A stretch of 64,000 nucleotides of DNA from the human T2T-CHM13v2.0 reference genome, Homo sapiens. The notes beneath the pieces were generated by a model. The model was given only the letters and a program-made list of their open reading frames with translations, had not been told where the DNA came from and did no database searches. The stretch lies in NCBI RefSeq assembly GCF_009914755.1, contig NC_060940.1. One strand, written 5' to 3'. A program made the position numbers and the translations under genes. Position 1 is the stretch's first letter, and the number at the start of each line of letters is the position of its first letter. Of the stretch, positions 55,401 through 64,000 are shown one piece after another.

Positions 55401-58400
55401 CGTGGATATTTTGACCTCTTTGAGGCCTTCGTTGGAAACGGGTTTTTTTCATGTAAGGCTAGACAGAAGAAATCTCAGTAACTTCCTTGTGTTGTGTGTA
55501 TTCAACTGACAGAGTTGAACCTTCCTTTAGACAGAGCAGATTCGAAACACTCTTTTTCTGCAATTTGCAAGTGGAGACTTCAAGTGCTTTGAGGCCAAAG
55601 GCAGAAAAGGAAATATCTTCGTATAAAAACCCGACAGAATCATTCTCAGAAACTGCTCTGTGATGTGTGCGTTCAACTCACAGAGTTTAACTTTTCTTTT
55701 CATTCAGCAGTTTGGAAACACTCTGTTTGTAAAGTCTGCAAGTGGATATCTTGGCCTCTTAGAGGCCTTCGTTGGAAACGGGTTTTTTCATGTAAGGATA
55801 GACAGAGGAATTCCCAGTAACTTCCTTGTGTTGTGTGCATTCAACTCACAGAGTTGAATGATTCTTTACACAGAGCAGATTTGAGACACTCTTTTGGTGG
55901 AATTTGTAAGTGGAGAATTCAGCCGCTTTGAGGTCAACGGTAGAAAAGGAAATATCTTCGTATAAAAACTAGACAGAATGATTCTCAGAAACTGTTTTGT
56001 GATGTGTGCGTTCAACTCACAGAGTTTAACCTTTCTTTTCAAAGAGCAGTTAGGAAACACTCTGTTTGTAAAGTCTGCAAGTGGATATTCAGACCTCTTT
56101 GAGGCCTTCGTTGGAAACGGGATTTCTTCATATTATGCTAGACAGATGAATTCTCAGTAACTTCCTTGTGTTGTGTGTATTCAACTCACAGAGTTGAACG
56201 ATCCTTTACACAGAGCAGATTTGAAACACTGTTTTTCTGGAATTTGCAAGTGGAGATTTCAGCCGCTTTGAGGTCAATGGTAGAAAAGGAAATATCTTCG
56301 TATAAAAACTAGACAGAATGATTCTCAGAAACTCCTTTGTGATGTGTGCGTTCAACTCACAGAGTTTAACCTTTCTTTTCACAGAGCAGTTAGGAAACAC
56401 TCTGTTTGTGAAGCCTGCCAGTGGATATTCGGACCTCTTTGAGGCCTTCGTTGGAAACGGGATTTCTTCATATTATGCTAGACAGAAGATTTCTCAGTAA
56501 CTTCTTTGTGTTGTGTGTATGCAACTCACAGAGTTCAACCTTCCTTTAGACAGAGCAGATTTGAAACACTCTTTTTGTGGAATTTGCAAGTGGAGATTTC
56601 AAGCGCTTCGATGCCAATGGTAGAAAAGGAAATATCTTCGTATAAAAACAAGACAAACTCGTTCCCAGACACTGCGTAGTGATGTGTGTGTTTAACTCAC
56701 AGAGTTTAACCTTTCTTTTCATACAGCATTCTGGAAACCCTGTGTTTGTAAAGTCTGCAAGTGGATATTTGGACCTCTTAGATGCCTTCGTTGGAAACGG
56801 GATTTCTTCATATAATGCTAGAGGGAAGAATTCTTAGTAACTTCTTTGTGTTGTGTGTATTCAACTGACAGAGTTGAACCTTCCTTTAGACAGAGCAGAT
56901 TTGAAAGTCTCTTTTTGTGGAATTTGCAAGTGGAGATTTCAAGCGCTTTGAGGCCAAAAGCAGAAAAGGAAATATTTTCCTATAAAAACTCGACAGAATC
57001 TTTCTCAGAAACTGCTCTGGGATGTGTGCGTTCAACTCACAGAGTTTAACTTTTCTTTTCATTCAGCAGTTTGGAAACACTCTGTTTGGAAAGTCTGCAC
57101 GTGGATATTTTGACCTCTTTGAGGCCTTCGTTGGAAACGGGTTTTTTTCATGTAAGGCTAGACAGAAGAAATCTCAGTAACTTCCTTGTGTTGTGTGTAT
57201 TCAACTGACAGAGTTGAACCTTCCTTTAGACAGAGCAGATTCGAAACACTCTTTTTCTGCAATTTGCAAGTGGAGACTTCAAGCGCTTTGAGGCCAAAGG
57301 CAGAAAAGGAAATATCTTCGTATAAAAACCCGACAGAATCATTCTCAGAAACTGCTCTGTGATGTGTGCGTTCAACTCACAGAGTTTAACTTTTCTTTTC
57401 ATTCAGCAGTTTGGAAACACTCTGTTTGTAAAGTCTGCAAGTGGATATCTTGGCCTCTTAGAGGCCTTCGTTGGAAACGGGTTTTTTCATTTAAGGTTAG
57501 ACAGAGGAATTCCCAGTAACTTCCTTGTGTTGTGTGCATTCAACTCACAGAGTTGAATGATTCTTTACACAGAGCAGATTTGAGACACTCTTTTGGTGGA
57601 ATTTGTAAGTGGAGAATTCAGCCGCTTTGAGGTCAACGGTAGAAAAGGAAATATCTTCGTATAAGAACTAGACAGAATGATTCTCAGAAACTGTTTTGTG
57701 ATGTGTGCTTTCAACTCACAGAGTTTAACCTTTCTTTTCAAAGAGCAGTTAGGAAACACTCTGTTTGTAAAGTCTGCAAGTGGATATTCAGACCTCTTTG
57801 AGGCCTTCGTTGGAAACGGGATTTCTTCATATTATGCTAGACAGATGAATTCTCAGTAACTTCCTTGTGTTGTGTGTATTCAACTCACAGAGTTGAACGA
57901 TCCTTTACACAGAGCAGATTTGAAACACTGTTTTTCTGGAATTTGCAAGTGGAGATTTCAGCCGCTTTGAGGTCAATGGTAGAAAAGGAAATATCTTCGT
58001 ATAAAAACTAGACAGAATGATTCTCAGAAACTCCTTTGTGATGTGTGCGTTCAACTCACAGAGTTTAACCTTTCTTTTCACAGAGCAGTTAGGAAACACT
58101 CTGTTTGTGAAGCCTGCCAGTGGATATTCAGACCTCTTTGAGGCCTTCGTTGGAAACGGGATTTCTTCATATTATGCTAGACAGAAGATTTCTCAGTAAC
58201 TTCTTTGTGTTGTGTGTATGCAACTCACAGAGTTCAACCTTCCTTTAGACAGAGCAGATTTGAAACACTCTTTTTGTGGAATTTGCAAGTGGAGATTTCA
58301 AGCGCTTCGATGCCAATGGTAGAAAAGGAAATATCTTCGTATAAAAACAAGACAAACTCGTTCCCAGACACTGCGTAGTGATGTGTGTGTTTAACTCACA

Positions 58401-61400
58401 GAGTTTCACCTTTCTTTTCATACAGCATTCTGGAAACCCTGTGTTTGTAAAGTCTGCAAGTGGATATTTGGACCTCTTAGATGCCTTCGTTGGAAACGGG
58501 ATTTCTTCATATAATGCTAGAGGGAAGAATTCTTAGTAACTTCTTTTTGTTGTGTGTATTCAACTGACAGAGTTGAACCTTCCTTTAGACAGAGCAGATT
58601 TGAAAGTCTCTTTTTGTGGAATTTGCAAGTGGAGATTTCAAGCGCTTTGAGGCCAAAAGCAGAAAAGGAAATATTTTCCTATAAAAACTCGACAGAATCT
58701 TTCTCAGAAACTGCTCTGGGATGTGTGCGTTCAACTCACAGAGTTTAACTTTTCTTTTCATTCAGCAGTTTGGAAACACTCTGTTTGGAAAGTCTGCACG
58801 TGGATATTTTGACCTCTTTGAGGCCTTCGTTGGAAACGGGTTTTTTTCATGTAAGGCTAGACAGAAGAAATCTCAGTAACTTCCTTGTGTTGTGTGTATT
58901 CAACTGACAGAGTTGAACCTTCCTTTAGACAGAGCAGATTCGAAACACTCTTTTTCTGCAATTTGCAAGTGGAGACTTCAAGCGCTTTGAGGCCAAAGGC
59001 AGAAAAGGAAATATCTTCGTATAAAAACCCGACAGAATCATTCTCAGAAACTGCTCTGTGATGTGTGCGTTCAACTCACAGAGTTTAACTTTTCTTTTCA
59101 TTCAGCAGTTTGGAAACACTCTGTTTGTAAAGTCTGCAAGTGGATATCTTGGCCTCTTAGAGGCCTTCGTTGGAAACGGGTTTTTTCATGTAAGGTTAGA
59201 CAGAGGAATTCCCACTAACTTCCTTGTGTTGTGTGCATTCAACTCACAGAGTTGAATGATTCTTTACACAGAGCAGATTTGAGACACTCTTTTGGTGGAA
59301 TTTGTAAGTGGAGAATTCAGCCGCTTTGATGTCAACGGTAGAAAAGGAAATATCTTCGTATAAAAACTAGACAGAATGATTCTCAGAAACTGTTTTGTGA
59401 TGTGTGCTTTCAACTCACAGAGTTTAACCTTTCTTTTCAAAGAGCAGTTAGGAAACACTCTGTTTGTAAAGTCTGCAAGTGGATATTCAGACCTCTTTGA
59501 GGCCTTCGTTGGAAACGGGATTTCTTCATATTATGCTAGACAGATGAATTCTCAGTAACTTCCTTGTGTTGTGTGTATTCAACTCACAGAGTTGAACGAT
59601 CCTTTACACAGAGCAGATTTGAAACACTGTTTTTCTGGAATTTGCAAGTGGAGATTTCAGCCGCTTTGAGGTCAATGGTAGAAAAGGAAATATCTTCGTA
59701 TAAAAACTAGACAGAATGATTCTCAGAATCTCCTTTGTGATGTGTGCGTTCAACTCACAGAGTTTAACCTTTCTTTTCACAGAGCAGTTAGGAAACACTC
59801 TGTTTGTGAAGCCTGCCAGTGGATATTCGGACCTCTTTGAGGCCTTCGTTGGAAACGGGATTTCTTCATATTATGCTAGACAGAAGATTTCTCAGTAACT
59901 TCTTTGTGTTGTGTGTATGCAACTCACAGAGTTCAACCTTCCTTTAGACAGAGCAGATTTGAAACACTCTTTTTGTGGAATTTGCAAGTGGAGATTTCAA
60001 GCGCTTCGATGCCAATGGTAGAAAAGGAAATATCTTCGTATAAAAACAAGACAAACTCGTTCCCAGACACTGCGTAGTGATGTGTGTGTTTAACTCACAG
60101 AGTTTCACCTTTCTTTTCATACAGCATTCTGGAAACCCTCTGTTTGTAAAGTCTGCAAGTGGATATTTGGACCTCTTAGATGCCTTCGTTGGAAACGGGA
60201 TTTCTTCATATAATGCTAGAGGGAAGAATTCTTAGTAACTTCTTTGTGTTGTGTGTATTCAACTGACAGAGTTGAACCTTCCTTTAGACAGAGCAGATTT
60301 GAAAGTCTCTTTTTGTGGAATTTGCAAGTGGAGATTTCAAGCGCTTTGAGGCCAAAAGCAGAAAAGGAAATATTTTCCTATAAAAACTCGACAGAATCTT
60401 TCTCAGAAACTGCTCTGGGATGTGTGCGTTCAACTCACAGAGTTTAACTTTTCTTTTCATTCAGCAGTTTGGAAACACTCTGTTTGGAAAGTCTGCACGT
60501 GGATATTTTGACCTCTTTGAGGCCTTCGTTGGAAACGGGTTTTTTTCATGTAAGGCTAGACAGAAGAAATCTCAGTAACTTCCTTGTGTTGTGTGTATTC
60601 AACTGACAGAGTTGAACCTTCCTTTAGACAGAGCAGATTCGAAACACTCTTTTTCTGCAATTTGCAAGTGGAGACTTCAAGCGCTTTGAGGCCAAAGGCA
60701 GAAAAGGAAATATCTTCGTATAAAAACCCGACAGAATCATTCTCAGAAACTGCTCTGTGATGTGTGCGTTCAACTCACAGAGTTTAACTTTTCTTTTCAT
60801 TCAGCAGCTTGGAAACACTCTGTTTGTAAAGTCTGCAAGTGGATATCTTGGCCTCTTAGAGGCCTTCGTTGGAAACGGGTTTTTTCATGTAAGGATAGAC
60901 AGAGGAATTCCCAGTAACTTCCTTGTGTTGTGTGCATTCAACTCACAGAGTTGAATGATTCTTTACACAGAGCAGATTTGAGACACTCTTTTGGTGGAAT
61001 TTGTAAGTGGAGAATTCAGCCGCTTTGAGGTCAACGGTAGAAAAGGAAATATCTTCGTATAAAAACTAGACAGAATGATTCTCAGAAACTGTTTTGTGAT
61101 GTGTGCGTTCAACTCACAGAGTTTAACCTTTCTTTTCAAAGAGCAGTTAGGAAACACTCTGTTTGTAAAGTCTGCAAGTGGATATTCAGACCTCTTTGAG
61201 GCCTTCGTTGGAAACGGGATTTCTTCATATTATGCTAGACAGATGAATTCTCAGTAACTTCCTTGTGTTGTGTGTATTCAACTCACAGAGTTGAACGATC
61301 CTTTACACAGAGCAGATTTGAAACACTGTTTTTCTGGAATTTGCAAGTGGAGATTTCAGCCGCTTTGAGGTCAATGGTAGAAAAGGAAATATCTTCGTAT

Positions 61401-64000
61401 AAAAACTAGACAGAATGATTCTCAGAAACTCCTTTGTGATGTGTGCGTTCAACTCACAGAGTTTAACCTTTCTTTTCACAGAGCAGTTAGGAAACACTCT
61501 GTTTGTGAAGCCTGCCAGTGGATATTCGGACCTCTTTGAGGCCTTCGTTGGAAACGGGATTTCTTCATATTATGCTAGACAGAAGATTTCTCAGTAACTT
61601 CTTTGTGTTGTGTGTATGCAACTCACAGAGTTCAACCTTCCTTTAGACAGAGCAGATTTGAAACACTCTTTTTGTGGAATTTGCAAGTGGAGATTTCAAG
61701 CGCTTCGATGCCAATGGTAGAAAAGGAAATATCTTCGTATAAAAACAAGACAAACTCGTTCCCAGACACTGCGTAGTGATGTGTGTGTTTAACTCACAGA
61801 GTTTCACCTTTCTTTTCATACAGCATTCTGGAAACCCTGTGTTTGTAAAGTCTGCAAGTGGATATTTGGACCTCTTAGATGCCTTCGTTGGAAACGGGAT
61901 TTCTTCATATAATGCTAGAGGGAAGAATTCTTAGTAACTTCTTTGTGTTGTGTGTATTCAACTGACAGAGTTGAACCTTCCTTTAGACAGAGCAGATTTG
62001 AAAGTCTCTTTTTGTGGAATTTGCAAGTGGAGATTTCAAGCGCTTTGAGGCCAAAAGCAGAAAAGGAAATATTTTCCTATAAAAACTCGACAGAATCTTT
62101 CTCAGAAACTGCTCTGGGATGTGTGCGTTCAACTCACAGAGTTTAACTTTTCTTTTCATTCAGCAGTTTGGAAACACTCTGTTTGGAAAGTCTGCACGTG
62201 GATATTTTGACCTCTTTGAGGCCTTCGTTGGAAACGGGTTTTTTTCATGTAAGGCTAGACAGAAGAAATCTCAGTAACTTCCTTGTGTTGTGTGTATTCA
62301 ACTGACAGAGTTGAACCTTCCTTTAGACAGAGCAGATTCGAAACACTCTTTTTCTGCAATTTGCAAGTGGAGACTTCAAGCGCTTTGAGGCCAAAGGCAG
62401 AAAAGGAAATATCTTCGTATAAAAACCCGACAGAATCATTCTCAGAAACTGCTCTGTGATGTGTGCGTTCAACTCACAGAGTTTAACTTTTCTTTTCATT
62501 CAGCAGTTTGGAAACACTCTGTTTGTAAAGTCTGCAAGTGGATATCTTGGCCTCTTAGAGGCCTTCGTTGGAAGCGGGTTTTTTCATGTAAGGTTAGACA
62601 GAGGAATTCCCACTAACTTCCTTGTGTTGTGTGCATTCAACTCACAGAGTTGAATGATTCTTTACACAGAGCAGATTTGAGACACTCTTTTGGTGGAATT
62701 TGTAAGTGGAGAATTCAGCCGCTTTGATGTCAACGGTAGAAAAGGAAATATCTTCGTATAAAAACTAGACAGAATGATTCTCAGAAACTGTTTTGTGATG
62801 TGTGCTTTCAACTCACAGAGTTTAACCTTTCTTTTCAAAGAGCAGTTAGGAAACACTCTGTTTGTAAAGTCTGCAAGTGGATATTCAGACCTCTTTGAGG
62901 CCTTCGTTGGAAACGGGATTTCTTCATATTATGCTAGACAGATGAATTCTCAGTAACTTCCTTGTGTTGTGTGTATTCAACTCACAGAGTTGAACGATCC
63001 TTTACACAGAGCAGATTTGAAACACTGTTTTTCTGGAATTTGCAAGTGGAGATTTCAGCCGCTTTGAGGTCAATGGTAGAAAAGGAAATATCTTCGTATA
63101 AAAACTAGACAGAATGATTCTCAGAAACTCCTTTGTGATGTGTGCGTTCAACTCACAGAGTTTAACCTTTCTTTTCACAGAGCAGTTAGGAAACACTCTG
63201 TTTGTGAAGCCTGCCAGTGGATATTCGGACCTCTTTGAGGCCTTCGTTGGAAACGGGATTTCTTCATATTATGCTAGACAGAAGATTTCTCAGTAACTTC
63301 TTTGTGTTGTGTGTATGCAACTCACAGAGTTCAACCTTCCTTTAGACAGAGCAGATTTGAAACACTCTTTTTGTGGAATTTGCAAGTGGAGATTTCAAGC
63401 GCTTCGATGCCAATGGTAGAAAAGGAAATATCTTCGTATAAAAACAAGACAAACTCGTTCCCAGACACTGCGTAGTGATGTGTGTGTTTAACTCACAGAG
63501 TTTCACCTTTCTTTTCATACAGCATTCTGGAAACCCTCTGTTTGTAAAGTCTGCAAGTGGATATTTGGACCTCTTAGATGCCTTCGTTGGAAACGGGATT
63601 TCTTCATATAATGCTAGAGGGAAGAATTCTTAGTAACTTCTTTGTGTTGTGTGTATTCAACTGACAGAGTTGAACCTTCCTTTAGACAGAGCAGATTTGA
63701 AAGTCTCTTTTTGTGGAATTTGCAAGTGGAGATTTCAAGCGCTTTGAGGCCGAAAGCAGAAAAGGAAATATTTTCCTATAAAAACTCGACAGAATCTTTC
63801 TCAGAAACTGCTCTGGGATGTGTGCGTTCAACTCACAGAGTTTAACTTTTCTTTTCATTCAGCAGTTTGGAAACACTCTGTTTGGAAAGTCTGCACGTGG
63901 ATATTTTGACCTCTTTGAGGCCTTCGTTGGAAACGGGTTTTTTTCATGTAAGGCTAGACAGAAGAAATCTCAGTAACTTCCTTGTGTTGTGTGTATTCAA

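Larger units (their letters stand above)
1..64000 (+). repeat. Alpha-satellite higher-order repeat array: 1,699-bp 10-monomer HOR, ~37.7 tandem head-to-tail copies (centromeric live-type array)
   Basis: Sequence at 1 (gtaaagtctgcaagtggatattcagacc) recurs at 1700, 3399 ... 62864. Every recurring ORF in the track falls at exact multiples of 1,699 bp. Typical alphoid motifs throughout (cattctcagaaact, ttcaactcacagagtt, ggaaacactct, CENP-B box). Copies differ only by scattered SNVs. Confidence 0.99.
1..64000 (+). other. Probable identity: human chromosome 16 centromeric array D16Z2 (S1C16H1L)
   Basis: Inference from established knowledge: among human SF1 dimeric arrays, the 10-mer ~1.7-kb HOR is the chromosome 16 one (others are 6-, 8-, 17- or 18-mers). 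I see a single Sau3AI site (GATC, 133-136) per HOR, which would give a 1.7-kb ladder unit. Not confirmed by alignment. Confidence 0.8.

Noticed and set aside
139-63845. Over 200 short ORFs (60-67 aa) on both strands, e.g. MILRNSFVMCAF..., MFPNCSVKRK..., MCCVYSTDRV...
   Set aside because: They are chance open frames in alpha-satellite monomers, repeated every 340/1,699 bp and overlapping on opposite strands. Many use non-ATG starts, they have no recognisable domain, and they are gained or lost by single SNVs. They were used only as SNV reporters.
39-63938. Regularly spaced conserved motif (ccttcgttggaaacggg) resembling a CRISPR repeat-spacer array
   Set aside because: The intervening ~320-bp segments are themselves homologous repeats rather than unique spacers, the motif is the CENP-B box, and no cas genes are present.
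1-64000. Transposon insertion, inversion, array edge or truncated HOR variants
   Set aside because: None seen: the exact 1,699-bp lattice and single orientation persist from the first to the last base.

Overview
The whole 64 kb window is primate (almost certainly human) centromeric alpha-satellite DNA. It is one uninterrupted, single-orientation higher-order repeat (HOR) array. About 171-bp monomers are arranged as ~340-bp A/B dimers (suprachromosomal family 1 organisation), and five dimers form a 1,699-bp 10-mer HOR repeated ~37.7 times (copy k starts at 1+1699*(k-1)). Every second monomer carries an intact CENP-B box. The 10-mer, 1.7-kb SF1 structure best matches the live chromosome 16 array D16Z2 (S1C16H1L); this is an inference, not a database result. 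There are no credible genes, RNA genes, transposons or CRISPR arrays, and all listed ORFs are artefacts of the repeat. I found no new gene-encoded system. The interesting signal is in the SNVs between HOR copies, read by eye. They show super-HOR periodicities that change along the array (6 HORs, then 2, then 3), datable duplication lineages, recombinant or converted copies with breakpoints mappable to ~100-230 bp, a GA>TT doublet, an apparent transversion excess and no net indels.
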